Position numbers and translations under genes: made by a program. From the NCBI RefSeq assembly GCF_013122565.1, contig NZ_CP053258.1: DNA of 64,000 nucleotides; one strand, written 5' to 3'. This DNA comes from Escherichia coli (lineage in GTDB: Bacteria; Pseudomonadota; Gammaproteobacteria; Enterobacterales; Enterobacteriaceae). This document shows positions 1-10,175 of the stretch, one piece after another. Position 1 is the first letter of the stretch, and each line of letters begins with the position of its first letter. Under the pieces are notes generated by a model. The model had not been told where the DNA came from. It ran no database searches and was given only the letters and a program-made list of their open reading frames with translations.

Positions 1-699
1 AAAGAAGTGCTCTTTGCCGTCATCCAGCAGCTTTTTACGGCTGAGGATTTTATTGTCGGCGGTGTCGATAGTAATCAATTCGCCGTCAGCGTTAGTGGTG
101 TAAAGACGTTTGCCTTTGCTATCCAACGCCAGACCGGTACTCATTTTACCGGTGTTCTGGATGGCGGTTTTCAGTTTGATATTCTCGCCATCAACGACCC
201 AAATCACGCTATCTTTACCAATACCACTGATGTAAACGGTGTTCGTGGCATCGTCAGCTACCAGCTCACGCGGTTGCAGCGGGCGCACCTCTTCCGTGCG
301 CTTACGCTCATCCAGCACCAGACGACCTTTCACCTCGCCCGTTTTGGCATCTATCGCCGTGACCGCGCTGTTTACGGTATTACCAAACCACAACGTCTGA
401 GTCGTGTTATTGATGGTGGCACCAAACGGCTTGAGATCGTTATGGATCGCCTGCGTCACTTCCAGAGTGACCGGATCAAGTCGATAAACCACACCACCTT
501 TATCCAGTTTGCGGCTTTGCGAAGTGGCGAGCCACAGCGCGTTTTCTTGCTGGCTATAAGCCATTTCGTAGGCGCCTTTACCTACCGCTTTACGCAGCAT
601 TTCTTCTGCGGCCTGCGTACTGAATGATGAAGCAACAAGCAATGAACCTAACAGTAATGAACCACGCAGGCGCGATGAAAACAGATGACGTAAATGCAT
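1..699 (-). CDS. yncE: YncE, secreted beta-propeller protein; N-terminal 233 codons, C-terminus lies beyond the window start
   Basis: Hand translation of the minus strand from the ATG at 699 gives MHLRHLFSSRLRGSLLLGSLLVASSFSTQAAEE... with a signal peptide; divergent from yncD as in E. coli. The plus-strand ORF 7..627 in the track is the antisense artefact. Confidence 0.85.
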   Translation of the reverse strand, partial: MHLRHLFSSRLRGSLLLGSLLVASSFSTQAAEEMLRKAVGKGAYEMAYSQQENALWLATSQSRKLDKGGVVYRLDPVTLEVTQAIHNDLKPFGATINNTTQTLWFGNTVNSAVTAIDAKTGEVKGRLVLDERKRTEEVRPLQPRELVADDATNTVYISGIGKDSVIWVVDGENIKLKTAIQNTGKMSTGLALDSKGKRLYTTNADGELITIDTADNKILSRKKLLDDGKEHFF

Positions 700-785
700 G
701 ACGACTCCCTTTGATGAACCGATATTTTTGCTGCTTCACAATGCTTCGCTAAGCGTAATCATCGTTACGCTCTTGTTATAAATGG

Positions 786-804
786 GAATGGTAATCATTA
801 TTTT
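786..804. promoter_or_regulatory. Candidate Fur box in the yncE/yncD divergent promoter region
   Basis: gaatggtaatcattatttt matches the Fur consensus GATAATGATAATCATTATC at about 14 of 16 core positions; a weaker cgtaatcatcgttacg lies at 754..770. Both flanking genes are iron-related. Confidence 0.55.
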
Positions 805-940
805 CTCAAATGTGGAGCATTTCTTGCCGTTACGACTACAATTTTCTCAATTACTTAACGTATCGTGCCGTTTCGTTTTCCATAAATTTACAATTTTATT
901 ACCATGACGGCGTTTTCCCATTCTTAACCTGGCTTTTTTC

Positions 941-3043
941 ATGAAGATTTTTTCCGTCCGACAGACCGTTTTGCCCGCACTGCTTGTCCTTTCACCCGTT
1001 GTTTTTGCCGCTGATGAACAGACCATGATTGTCAGTGCCGCACCGCAGATGGTTTCCGAGCTGGATACCCCAGCAGCCGTGAGCGTGGTGGATGGCGAGG
1101 AGATGCGCCTGGCAACACCGCGCATTAACTTGTCTGAATCACTGACCAGCGTGCCTGGTTTGCAGGTACAAAACCGGCAGAACTATGCGCAAGATTTACA
1201 GCTGTCGATTCGCGGATTTGGCTCCCGCTCCACTTATGGAATTCGCGGTATTCGCCTGTATGTGGACGGTATTCCCGCTACCATGCCCGACGGACAAGGG
1301 CAGACATCCAATATCGATTTAAGCAGTGTGCAAAATGTGGAAGCGCTGCGTGGTCCCTTCTCTGCCCTGTATGGCAACGCGTCTGGCGGTGTAATGAATG
1401 TCACCACCCAGACCGGACAACAGCCACCAACCATTGAAGCCAGTAGTTACTACGGCAGTTTTGGCAGCTGGCGCTATGGGCTGAAAGCAACGGGCGCAAC
1501 GGGCGACGGCACACAGCCCGGCGATGTCGATTACACCGTCTCAACCACGCGTTTTACGACCCACGGCTATCGTGACCATAGTGGCGCACAGAAAAATTTA
1601 GCCAATGCCAAACTGGGCGTACGCATTGATGAAGCCAGCAAATTAAGCCTGATTTTCAATAGCGTGGATATCAAAGCAGATGACCCAGGTGGATTAACCG
1701 AAGCAGAATGGAAGGCGAATCCGCAACAAGCGCCACGCGCTGAACAGTACGACACGCGAAAAACCATCAAGCAAACTCAGGCTGGGTTGCACTATGAGCG
1801 TAGCCTGAGCGCACAAGATGATATGAGTGTGATGATGTATGCCGGAGAGCGAGAAACGACCCAGTACCAGTCAATCCCGATGGCCCCCCAACTTAATCCG
1901 TCGCATGCGGGCGGCGTGATTACTCTGCAACGCCATTACCAGGGGATAGACAGTCGCTGGACACACCGCGGCGAGCTGGGCGTTCCGGTCACGTTCACTA
2001 CCGGCCTGAACTACGAAAACATGAGTGAAAACCGCAAGGGCTACAATAACTTCCGCCTGAATAGCGGCATGCCGGAGTACGGGCAAAAAGGTGAGTTGCG
2101 TCGCGACGAACGCAATCTGATGTGGAATGTCGATCCCTATTTACAGACGCAGTGGCAGCTGAGCGAAAAACTGTCGCTGGATGCTGGCGTGCGCTACAGC
2201 TCTGTATGGTTTGATTCCAACGATCATTACGTTACTGCGGGTAACGGCGATGACAGCGGTGATGCCAGTTATCACAAATGGCTACCTGCCGGTTCGTTAA
2301 AATATGCAATGACCGATGCCTGGAATATCTATCTGGCAGCCGGGCGTGGTTTTGAAACGCCGACGATTAATGAGCTGTCTTATCGCGCTGACGGGCAAAG
2401 CGGTATGAACTTTGGTTTAAAACCATCCACCAACGATACAATTGAGATCGGCAGTAAAACGCGTATTGGTGATGGGCTGCTTAGTCTCGCATTGTTCCAG
2501 ACCGACACCGATGATGAAATTGTTGTCGATAGCAGTAGCGGTGGGCGTACGACTTACAAAAATGCCGGAAAGACCCGTCGTCAAGGTGCTGAACTGGCAT
2601 GGGATCAACGTTTCGCGGGAGATTTTCGCATAAACGCGACCTGGACCTGGCTTGATGCGACCTATCGCAGCAATGTGTGCAATGAACAGGATTGTAACGG
2701 TAATCGGATGCCAGGGATCGCCCGTAATATGGGCTTTGCGTCGATAGGTTATGTACCGGAAGATGGCTGGTATGCAGGCACGGAGGCGCGTTATATGGGC
2801 GATATTATGGCAGATGATGAAAATACGGCCAAAGCGCCGTCTTATACTCTCGTCGGCTTATTCACCGGGTATAAATACAATTACCACAATTTAACTGTGG
2901 ATTTATTTGGTCGTGTCGATAATTTATTCGATAAAGAATACGTTGGTTCTGTCATTGTCAATGAGTCAAACGGGCGATATTACGAACCTGCGCCCGGGCG
3001 AAATTATGGTGTCGGCATGAATATTGCGTGGCGATTTGAGTAA
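941..3043 (+). CDS. yncD: TonB-dependent outer membrane receptor YncD
   Basis: 700-aa ORF with signal peptide, plug region and C-terminal aromatic residue (ends WRFE) typical of TonB-dependent transporters; length matches YncD. Confidence 0.9.
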   Translation: MKIFSVRQTVLPALLVLSPVVFAADEQTMIVSAAPQMVSELDTPAAVSVVDGEEMRLATPRINLSESLTSVPGLQVQNRQNYAQDLQLSIRGFGSRSTYGIRGIRLYVDGIPATMPDGQGQTSNIDLSSVQNVEALRGPFSALYGNASGGVMNVTTQTGQQPPTIEASSYYGSFGSWRYGLKATGATGDGTQPGDVDYTVSTTRFTTHGYRDHSGAQKNLANAKLGVRIDEASKLSLIFNSVDIKADDPGGLTEAEWKANPQQAPRAEQYDTRKTIKQTQAGLHYERSLSAQDDMSVMMYAGERETTQYQSIPMAPQLNPSHAGGVITLQRHYQGIDSRWTHRGELGVPVTFTTGLNYENMSENRKGYNNFRLNSGMPEYGQKGELRRDERNLMWNVDPYLQTQWQLSEKLSLDAGVRYSSVWFDSNDHYVTAGNGDDSGDASYHKWLPAGSLKYAMTDAWNIYLAAGRGFETPTINELSYRADGQSGMNFGLKPSTNDTIEIGSKTRIGDGLLSLALFQTDTDDEIVVDSSSGGRTTYKNAGKTRRQGAELAWDQRFAGDFRINATWTWLDATYRSNVCNEQDCNGNRMPGIARNMGFASIGYVPEDGWYAGTEARYMGDIMADDENTAKAPSYTLVGLFTGYKYNYHNLTVDLFGRVDNLFDKEYVGSVIVNESNGRYYEPAPGRNYGVGMNIAWRFE

Positions 3044-3051
3044 TTACCTTG

Positions 3052-3073
3052 ATGCCCGGTATTTGCCGGGCAT
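3052..3073. terminator. Hairpin between convergent yncD and mcbR, probable bidirectional terminator
   Basis: Inverted repeat atgcccgg / ccgggcat with a 6-nt loop immediately after the yncD stop and before the mcbR stop. Confidence 0.5.
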
Positions 3074-3078
3074 TTACC

Positions 3079-3744
3079 TTAACGATTGTATTGCTGGTAT
3101 AGAATAGCAATATTTTGTTGCATAATTTCAGCAAGACAATGTCTGCATCCCTCTTTGTCTTTTGCTTTTAGCGCGGCGAGTAATAGATGATAGTTTTCTA
3201 TACGCTCCCGTAATTCCGCTGGATTAATCGCTTCATAGAGATAATGTAAACCAGGTCCCATCCTGACCCACAGTTGCTCAATCATCTCACACAGAATGGG
3301 CATATTTGAACGATGATAAATTGCTAAGCGAAATAGCCTGTTCGCATTAATGATTCGTTCCATGTCGCCCTTTTCTTGCGCCTGCTGTAATTTCTCAAGC
3401 AATTCCTGAAGTTCCTCCAGGTCTGGCGGGGTGAGGTTTTCAACAGCCAGAGTAACTGCCATTAATTCCAGTTCGTAGCGGATCCGATTGATTTCGTCTA
3501 ATTGACATTTCCCCACTTCCGGAACTGTAAATGCTTGCGCTGGTGCGACAGAAAGCGCATTCACCGAAACCAGACGTAATAATGCTTCACGCACAGGTGT
3601 AATACTCATACCTAATTGCTCCGCCAGATTTTTAGTAATCAGGCGTGCGCCAGGTTTTAGTGCGCCAATACTAAGCTGATGTTTCAGGTCGTTCTCAACC
3701 TGCAGAGTCAAACTGACATGTTTCATTTTTCCCGTTCCAGGCAT
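3079..3744 (-). CDS. mcbR: GntR/FadR-family transcriptional regulator McbR (YncC)
   Basis: ORF 3079..3801 trimmed to the internal MPGTGKMKH start to give the 221 aa I recall; N-terminal HTH, FadR-like C-terminus. Confidence 0.8.
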   Translation of the reverse strand: MPGTGKMKHVSLTLQVENDLKHQLSIGALKPGARLITKNLAEQLGMSITPVREALLRLVSVNALSVAPAQAFTVPEVGKCQLDEINRIRYELELMAVTLAVENLTPPDLEELQELLEKLQQAQEKGDMERIINANRLFRLAIYHRSNMPILCEMIEQLWVRMGPGLHYLYEAINPAELRERIENYHLLLAALKAKDKEGCRHCLAEIMQQNIAILYQQYNR

Positions 3745-3941
3745 TTTAATTCCTTCGCGTGTTTTCTGTCCAACCCTGCCTGCATGGCAGAAGGAGTTCA
3801 CCTGGTGTATTAAAGTGAATAATCATAAACCACTCACCTTTGTTGTTATTAGCAGCAGAACAATGACGTGGTTAGTTAATTAAAGCTGAAAATAAGCTTT
3901 TTGCCTGGATTTTTATGGCGGCTTACGCCGCCGTTGAAACT

Positions 3942-4979
3942 TTAATCATCACCCGCCACGCGGATCACCACTTTGCCGAAGTTTTTACCCTTCAGCAGGC
4001 CGATAAACGTCTGTGGCGCATTCTCTAAACCGTCAGTAATTTCTTCGCGGTAGTGGATTTTATCCTCTTTCACCCATTGCCCCATCTCCTTCTGAAACTC
4101 ATGGATGCGGTGACCATAATCCTGAGCAATAATAAACCCTTGCAAGCGAATACGTTTTTTCAGCACCGTAGCCATCAACAAAGGTAATCGATCCGGACCG
4201 GGTGGTAGCTCTGTAGCGTTATAGCTGCTCACTAAGCCGCAGACGGGAATGCGCGCAGATGTATTAAGTAACGGTAGCACCGCATCAAATACCTTACCGC
4301 CCACGTTTTCATAATAGATATCAATACCTTTTGGGCACGCTTTCGCCAGTTGATCGGCAAAATCATCCGCGTGGTGATCAAGACAAACATCGAAGCCCAG
4401 CACCTCGGTAGCATGGCGGCATTTTTCCGCGCCACCGGCAACCCCCACCACCCTGCAACCTTTAAGTTTGCCGATTTGCCCCACCGTTGCTCCCACAGGA
4501 CCTGTCGCCGCCGCAACCACCAGCGTTTCGCCCTCTTTAGGCTGACCGATATCCAGCAGGCCCATATAAGCGGTAAAGCCTGGCATCCCCAGCACACCTA
4601 GCGACCACGATGGATTTTGCGGATGATCGCCAAGTTTCACCAGTTCATCACCATTGGATATGTCATAGTCCTGCCATCCACTGTAGCCCAGCACCCAGTC
4701 GCCAGGCTGATAATCAGGATGATTCGACTCCACGACACGGCTCACCGTACCGCCGACCATCACGCCGCCAATATCAACCGGCGGTGAATAAGATGGCTCA
4801 TCGCTCATACGTCCACGCATATACGGGTCCAGTGACAAATAAACTGTGCGCAGTAACACCTGTCCTTCACCCGGTGTGGCGACATCATCTTCTTCAAGAC
4901 GGAAATTCTCCGGAACCGGCGCGCCATGCGGACGCGAGGCCAGAACCCAACGGCGGTTACGCTGCTTTTGTTGCCCCAT
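3942..4979 (-). CDS. curA: NADPH-dependent curcumin/dihydrocurcumin reductase (zinc-independent MDR family)
   Basis: ORF 3942..5072 trimmed to the MGQQKQRNRRWVLASRPHGAP start (345 aa); Rossmann motif AAATGPVGATVGQIGK. Confidence 0.85.
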   Translation of the reverse strand: MGQQKQRNRRWVLASRPHGAPVPENFRLEEDDVATPGEGQVLLRTVYLSLDPYMRGRMSDEPSYSPPVDIGGVMVGGTVSRVVESNHPDYQPGDWVLGYSGWQDYDISNGDELVKLGDHPQNPSWSLGVLGMPGFTAYMGLLDIGQPKEGETLVVAAATGPVGATVGQIGKLKGCRVVGVAGGAEKCRHATEVLGFDVCLDHHADDFADQLAKACPKGIDIYYENVGGKVFDAVLPLLNTSARIPVCGLVSSYNATELPPGPDRLPLLMATVLKKRIRLQGFIIAQDYGHRIHEFQKEMGQWVKEDKIHYREEITDGLENAPQTFIGLLKGKNFGKVVIRVAGDD

Positions 4980-5159
4980 AATGCTCTCCTGTGCTTTTGG
5001 CATGAATCCATCAATAGTAGCAGGCTCGCAGGATTGGTTTTGTTTGCAGCCGTCACATCCCCTCTGCAACACGCAATAATTTCATCGAGGAATCCGTTGC
5101 TTCGGGCTGTTTTCGATAGTATTGATAACATCATCATCATTATTTTATCGAGGCCAGAC

Positions 5160-5678
5160 ATGTCCATCCGTTTTGCCCGCAAAGCCGATTGCGCTGCTAT
5201 TGCGGAAATTTTTAACCACGCCGTGTTGTATACGGCGGCTATCTGGAATGACCAAACGGTGGATGCAGATAACCGCATTGCCTGGTTTGAAGCGCGGACC
5301 ATAGCAGGTTATCCGGTGCTGGTAAGTGAAGAAGATGGCGTAGTGACGGGATATGCCTCGTTTGGCGACTGGCGTAGTTTCGATGGTTTTCGCCATACCG
5401 TGGAACATTCGGTTTATGTCCATCCCGATCATCAGGGCAAAGGTCTGGGGCGTAAATTGTTAAGCCGATTGATTGATGAAGCGCGGGATTGCGGGAAGCA
5501 TGTCATGGTCGCCGGGATCGAATCGCAAAACCAGGCCTCGCTGCATCTGCACCAGTCGCTGGGATTTGTCATCACCGCACAAATGCCGCAGGTAGGCACT
5601 AAATTTGGTCGTTGGCTGGATCTGACATTTATGCAGTTGCAACTCGACGAACGCACTGAACCGGACGCGATTGGATGA
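5160..5678 (+). CDS. mnaT: GNAT family L-amino acid N-acyltransferase MnaT (YncA)
   Basis: Internal start MSIRFARKADCAAIAEIF within ORF 4926..5678 gives 172 aa; GNAT acetyl-CoA motif region QGKGLGRKLL; divergent from curA. Confidence 0.85.
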   Translation: MSIRFARKADCAAIAEIFNHAVLYTAAIWNDQTVDADNRIAWFEARTIAGYPVLVSEEDGVVTGYASFGDWRSFDGFRHTVEHSVYVHPDHQGKGLGRKLLSRLIDEARDCGKHVMVAGIESQNQASLHLHQSLGFVITAQMPQVGTKFGRWLDLTFMQLQLDERTEPDAIG

Positions 5679-6124
5679 ATCAGTCGCTCACCCTTGCCTT
5701 TTTGATTGCCGCCGGAATTGGTCTGGTAGTCCAGAACACGCTGATGGTGCGCATCACCCAGACCTCCTCTACCATTCTCATCGCCATGTTGCTGAACTCA
5801 CTGGTGGGGATTGTGCTCTTTGTTTCTATTTTATGGTTTAAACAAGGTATGGCGGGGTTTGGCGAACTGGTGTCCAGCGTGCGCTGGTGGACACTTATAC
5901 CTGGCTTGCTGGGATCGTTTTTTGTCTTCGCCAGTATCAGCGGATATCAGAATGTGGGAGCGGCGACAACTATTGCAGTACTGGTCGCCAGCCAGCTGAT
6001 TGGCGGTCTGGTGCTGGATATCTTCCGCAGTCATGGCGTACCACTACGGGCGTTGTTCGGCCCAATTTGTGGCGCAATTTTACTTGTGGTTGGCGCCTGG
6101 CTGGTGGCCAGACGCTCATTTTAA
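5675..6124 (+). CDS. ydcZ: Inner membrane protein YdcZ (DMT-like, DUF606)
   Basis: 149-aa strongly hydrophobic ORF; its start overlaps the mnaT stop by 4 nt (ATGA), suggesting translational coupling. Confidence 0.85.
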   Translation: MNQSLTLAFLIAAGIGLVVQNTLMVRITQTSSTILIAMLLNSLVGIVLFVSILWFKQGMAGFGELVSSVRWWTLIPGLLGSFFVFASISGYQNVGAATTIAVLVASQLIGGLVLDIFRSHGVPLRALFGPICGAILLVVGAWLVARRSF

Positions 6125-6358
6125 TCACAGGATGGTGCCGCCTTTGGTTAACTGTTCGTGGCGCGCTTCCATATCTTCTTTATGCTTGCGACCGTGATGG
6201 GCGATCGCTGTGCGCAGACGTTGCTGCTGGGTGTAGCGATCTTCCCGACTTAACTCCGCGTCATCGCTCAGGGCGATTAATAATTCGTTCATATGGGCAA
6301 TGACGCTCTCTTCAATCGCGGCATCCACGCGCGCGATGACTTCATCCAGATGCGACAT
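6125..6358 (-). CDS. ydcY: Small uncharacterised protein YdcY
   Basis: 77-aa ORF MSHLDEVIARVDAAIEESVIAHMNELLIALSDDAELSREDRYTQQQRLRTAIAHH...; size and position match ydcY. Confidence 0.8.
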   Translation of the reverse strand: MSHLDEVIARVDAAIEESVIAHMNELLIALSDDAELSREDRYTQQQRLRTAIAHHGRKHKEDMEARHEQLTKGGTIL

Positions 6359-6443
6359 ACTTTCTCCTTAGCCACTTGTGAAATTTATCGATTCATCCAA
6401 ATGATATAAGTCTGCGTGGTGCCGTCAAGCCAGTGAGTAAGAT

Positions 6444-6617
6444 TTAAAACAGTGAAAACAACAGCGCCACCGGGAAACTCATCGGCCATGTTGCCCCCAC
6501 CAGAAAGGCGCTTAAGAAACGGATGCGTTTCTTATCGTGAGAAAGAAACCAGGTGATAAGAAATGCGATTGCTGCCATAACCGCATAAAAAACAAGCATG
6601 TGTTGATAGAGAGACAT
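6444..6617 (-). CDS. ortT: Orphan membrane toxin OrtT (YdcX), 57 aa, TisB/GhoT-like
   Basis: ORF 6444..6692 trimmed to MSLYQHMLVFYAVMAAIAFLITWFLSHDKKRIRFLSAFLVGATWPMSFPVALLFSLF; two predicted transmembrane helices. Confidence 0.75.
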   Translation of the reverse strand: MSLYQHMLVFYAVMAAIAFLITWFLSHDKKRIRFLSAFLVGATWPMSFPVALLFSLF

Positions 6618-6811
6618 GTACGGGCGTCCAGCCAGATGAATAAAACGCGCGCAAATATGCGTCATTTTTTGACATGCATCAAGTTTTTTCACCAGTTTGA
6701 GAAAAAATCATCAAACAGCAACTTGCCCTTATCCATCTTCAGAATGAGTATTATTGCGGATTTTCTTAACCCGTACTATACACATAGGGGCAATGATAAA
6801 AGGTGGCAAAA

Positions 6812-6907
6812 ATGAATGTTTCCAGTAGAACTGTAGTACTGATAAATGTCTTTGCTGCTGTTGGTTTGTTTACTCTTATCTCTATGAGATTTGGCTGGTT
6901 TATTTGA
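6812..6907 (+). CDS. yncL: Small membrane protein YncL (31 aa)
   Basis: Not in the ORF track (below the size cut-off). aggtgg Shine-Dalgarno 7 nt upstream of ATG; hand translation MNVSSRTVVLINVFAAVGLFTLISMRFGWFI then stop, with one hydrophobic helix. Confidence 0.7.
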   Translation: MNVSSRTVVLINVFAAVGLFTLISMRFGWFI

Positions 6908-6929
6908 TGTAGTGATTTTGCACGCAGCA

Positions 6930-6964
6930 CGTACTGTCAGAGAAAACAACTCTCTGACAGTACG
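6930..6964. terminator. Perfect 13-bp-stem hairpin between convergent yncL and patD, probable bidirectional terminator
   Basis: cgtactgtcagag (6930..6942), 9-nt loop, ctctgacagtacg (6952..6964); sits between the yncL stop (6907) and the patD stop (7004). Confidence 0.6.
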
Positions 6965-7003
6965 TAAGATCATCTCATACTCTTACGATCTGCAATATTA
7001 TCC

Positions 7004-8428
7004 TTAATGTTTAACCATGACGTGGCGGACGACGGTGTAATCCTCCAGCCCATAAAGTGACATATCCTTGCCGTAACCAGAAAGTTTCTGCCCACCGTGC
7101 GGCATTTCACTTACCAGCATGAAATGGGTATTGACCCAGGTACAACCATATTGCAGCCGTGCGCTGACGCGATGCGCCCTGCCCACATCTTTCGTCCATA
7201 CCGAAGATGCAAGTCCGTACTGGCTGTCATTCGCCCAGTTTACCACCTGTTCTTCGTTGTCGAAGAGCGTAACACTCACTACTGGACCAAATACCTCTTT
7301 TTGCACGATGGCATCGTCCTGTAATGCGCCAGCCAGCAGCGTCGGCGCATAGTAATAGCCATTACCCTTGCGCTTTTCACCGCCAGTGATCACTTTGATG
7401 TGCCCTGTCGCTTTCGCCTCTTCTACCGCTTTGCTAACGCGTTCGAGATGCGCCAGCGAGCTTAAAGGTCCAAGCTCCGTAGACTCGTCATCCGGCGCAC
7501 CAGATTTTAACGTTGCCACTGCAGCACCGAGTTTTTCCACCAGCGTATCGTAAATGCCTTTTTGCGCGTAGATCCGACAAGCCGCAGTACAATCCTGTCC
7601 GGCATTGTAATAGCCAAATGTACGTACACCTTCGACCACTGCTTCAATATCCGCATCATCAAAAACAATCACTGGCGCTTTGCCACCAAGTTCCATATGA
7701 GTTCGCTTAATGGACGGCGCGGTATGGCTGATGATGTGCTCGCCGGTGGCGATAGAGCCCGTCAGCGACGCCATCCGCACTTTGGGATGACCGGTCAGCG
7801 GATCGCCCACCGTTTTGCCTCTGCCAAACAGTACGTTAATCACGCCTGCCGGGAAGATATCTTTCGCCAGCTCTGCCAACTTCAACGCGGTCAGCGGGGT
7901 AATTTCTGATGGTTTAAGCACTACGCAGTTCCCTGCCGCCAGCGCCGGAGCCAATTTCCACGCTGCCATCATCAGCGGATAATTCCACGGTGCGATCGAA
8001 GCCACGACCCCCAATGGATCGCGACGGATCATCGAAGTATGACCTTCAAGATATTCACCTGCCGCCAGACCATTCAGACAGCGCGCCGCACCAGCGAAAA
8101 AGCGAAAAACATCGACAATCGCCGGGATTTCATCATTGAATGCACTATGCAGCGGTTTGCCACAATTACGGGATTCCAGTTCGGCAAAAACCTGACCATT
8201 TTCTTCGATAACATCCGCCAGTTTCAGCAGGCATTCCGCACGCGCTTTCGGCGTGGTTTGCCCCCATTCGGCAAATGCTGCATCTGCCGCGCGCACAGCA
8301 GCATCCACCTGCTCTACGGATGCCTCGGCAATCTCCAGTAAAACGTCCCCCGTTGCCGGATTATAAACAGGCTGTTTTTCCCCTTCGCCGCTAACCAGTT
8401 CTCCGTTAATCAGTAACTTATGTTGCAT
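7004..8428 (-). CDS. patD: Gamma-aminobutyraldehyde dehydrogenase (NAD-dependent aldehyde dehydrogenase)
   Basis: 474-aa ORF with aldehyde dehydrogenase motifs (ELGGKAP, catalytic-Cys region [11 protein letters not shown]); last gene of the ydcSTUV-patD cluster. Confidence 0.9.
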   Translation of the reverse strand: MQHKLLINGELVSGEGEKQPVYNPATGDVLLEIAEASVEQVDAAVRAADAAFAEWGQTTPKARAECLLKLADVIEENGQVFAELESRNCGKPLHSAFNDEIPAIVDVFRFFAGAARCLNGLAAGEYLEGHTSMIRRDPLGVVASIAPWNYPLMMAAWKLAPALAAGNCVVLKPSEITPLTALKLAELAKDIFPAGVINVLFGRGKTVGDPLTGHPKVRMASLTGSIATGEHIISHTAPSIKRTHMELGGKAPVIVFDDADIEAVVEGVRTFGYYNAGQDCTAACRIYAQKGIYDTLVEKLGAAVATLKSGAPDDESTELGPLSSLAHLERVSKAVEEAKATGHIKVITGGEKRKGNGYYYAPTLLAGALQDDAIVQKEVFGPVVSVTLFDNEEQVVNWANDSQYGLASSVWTKDVGRAHRVSARLQYGCTWVNTHFMLVSEMPHGGQKLSGYGKDMSLYGLEDYTVVRHVMVKH

Positions 8429-8449
8429 AGCATATTCCTGTATCAGTGG

Positions 8450-9244
8450 TTATTGACCATTGTCGCCTTCGCGGGTTAGCCACCAGGCCCCCAGGATCGG
8501 CAAGGTTGTTACCAACATAACCAGCAGTGCCACCACGTTGGTTACCGGTACATCACGCGGTCGCCCAAGCTGATTGAGCAACCACAACGGTAACGTTCGT
8601 TCATGACCTGCCGTAAAGGTCGTAACGATGATTTCATCGAACGACAAGGCAAACGCCAGCATTCCTCCTGCCAGTAGCGCCGAACTGAGATTCGGCAACA
8701 CTACGTAGCGGAAGGTTTGCCAGCCATTGGCCCCAAGATCCATTGACGCCTCAACCAGATTCCACGAGGTGCGGCGAAAACGGGCGATGACATTGTTAAA
8801 CACCACCACTACGCAAAAAGTCGCATGACCGACCACGATGGTGAAAAATCCCGGCTCCAGATTGATGGTTTTAAAAGCGGTTAATAGCGCCAGACCAGTG
8901 ACAATGCCCGGCAGCGCAATGGGCAGCAGCAGTAACAGCGAAATGGCGTTTTTGCCGAAAAAGTCTCGTCGCCACAGCGCGGCAGCTGCCAGCGTCCCTA
9001 ACACCAGCGCGATTAATGTCGCCAGCGCTGCCACTTTAAGTGACAGTGTCACTGCATCAAGAATATCACTACGCTGTGCTGCCACGCTAAACCAGCGCAG
9101 CGTCAGGCCTTGCGGTGGAAAACTAAACGCCGCATCTTCAGTGTTAAACGCATAGGCGGCGATAATCAGGATGGGAAAATGTAGGAAAACCACGCCGCCC
9201 CAGGCCGCCAGTTTGAGGAAAAACGGTGCGCGTTCAGAGTGCAT
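8450..9244 (-). CDS. ydcV: ABC transporter permease YdcV (polyamine-type, PotC-like)
   Basis: 264-aa polytopic membrane ORF with the ABC permease EAA-like loop ([20 protein letters not shown]). Confidence 0.85.
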   Translation of the reverse strand: MHSERAPFFLKLAAWGGVVFLHFPILIIAAYAFNTEDAAFSFPPQGLTLRWFSVAAQRSDILDAVTLSLKVAALATLIALVLGTLAAAALWRRDFFGKNAISLLLLLPIALPGIVTGLALLTAFKTINLEPGFFTIVVGHATFCVVVVFNNVIARFRRTSWNLVEASMDLGANGWQTFRYVVLPNLSSALLAGGMLAFALSFDEIIVTTFTAGHERTLPLWLLNQLGRPRDVPVTNVVALLVMLVTTLPILGAWWLTREGDNGQ

Positions 9245-10175
9245 CGAACGCTCCCAGACGTTTCACGAACGCCAGGTACAGTGCGATGAGAATAATCGGC
9301 ACCAGGGTGAATGCCGCCGCCATCGGCATATTGCCAATCGCCCCCTGCTGGGAATAAACCATATTGCCGATAAAATATCCTGGAGGACCAACCAGCTGCG
9401 GGACGATAAAATCGCCCAGTGTGAGTGAGAAGGTAAAGATAGAGCCAGCGGCAATACCCGGGATTGCCAGCGGCAGCACCACATAGCGAAAGGTTTGTCG
9501 TGGACGTGCGCCGAGATCAGCTGACGCCTGCAACAATGACGGAGGCAAACGCTCAAGCGCCGCCTGCACGGGCAGGATCATGAACGGCAGCCAGATATAG
9601 AGAAACACCAGAAAGCGCCCCAGCCCGGAAGTTGACAGAGTATTGCCGCCCACCGCAGGTAATGTAAGGAACGCAGTCAGCAGTGGTTCCAGCCCAAGAT
9701 GTTGTAAAAACCACTGAGCCACGCCATCTTTTGCCAGCAATAACGTCCAGGCATAGGCTTTCACAATGTAGCTCGCCCACATCGGCAACATTACCGCAAT
9801 ATAAAAAAACGCTTTCATTTTCCCGCTGGTATAGCGCGCCATATACCACGCCATTGGAAAAGCCAGAATACCGCTGGCGATAGTGACTGCCACAGCCATA
9901 GTCAGCGTGCGGAGAATGATGTCGTAATTCGCCGGATTAAACAGCGCACGGATATTCTCCAGCGTCAGCTCCGGCGTTACCGACATGGTGAAATCGTCAA
10001 AAGTATAAAATCCCTGCCATAACAGTGTCAGCAGCGAGCCGAAATAGACAATGCCAAACCACATTAGCGGGCCAAGCAGCAGTAAAAACAGCCCCAGCCC
10101 CGGATTACGCCAGAAGAAACCGGACACCTTACCCAGACCTGGACGTGAAGGTGATTGCAATACGTTCATCGCCAT
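9234..10175 (-). CDS. ydcU: ABC transporter permease YdcU (PotB-like)
   Basis: 313-aa membrane ORF with EAA loop ([20 protein letters not shown]); overlaps the ydcV start by 11 nt. Confidence 0.85.
   Translation of the reverse strand: MAMNVLQSPSRPGLGKVSGFFWRNPGLGLFLLLLGPLMWFGIVYFGSLLTLLWQGFYTFDDFTMSVTPELTLENIRALFNPANYDIILRTLTMAVAVTIASGILAFPMAWYMARYTSGKMKAFFYIAVMLPMWASYIVKAYAWTLLLAKDGVAQWFLQHLGLEPLLTAFLTLPAVGGNTLSTSGLGRFLVFLYIWLPFMILPVQAALERLPPSLLQASADLGARPRQTFRYVVLPLAIPGIAAGSIFTFSLTLGDFIVPQLVGPPGYFIGNMVYSQQGAIGNMPMAAAFTLVPIILIALYLAFVKRLGAFDAL

Noticed and set aside
7-627. 206-aa plus-strand ORF at the window start
   Set aside because: It is antisense to yncE; the minus strand translates to the recognisable YncE N-terminus with a signal peptide, while the plus-frame product is low-complexity with no motifs.
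3745-5072. Long N-terminal extensions in the ORF track for mcbR, curA, mnaT, tehA, ydcI, ydcO, ydcP, cybB, ydbL and ynbD
   Set aside because: The extended frames overlap neighbouring or divergent genes or their promoters, and the internal starts reproduce the protein lengths I recall; they are treated as open-frame artefacts. Start codons remain the least certain part of the annotation.
6776-6973. 65-aa minus-strand ORF between ortT and patD
   Set aside because: It overlaps the better-supported plus-strand yncL and runs through the terminator hairpin; no Shine-Dalgarno sequence.
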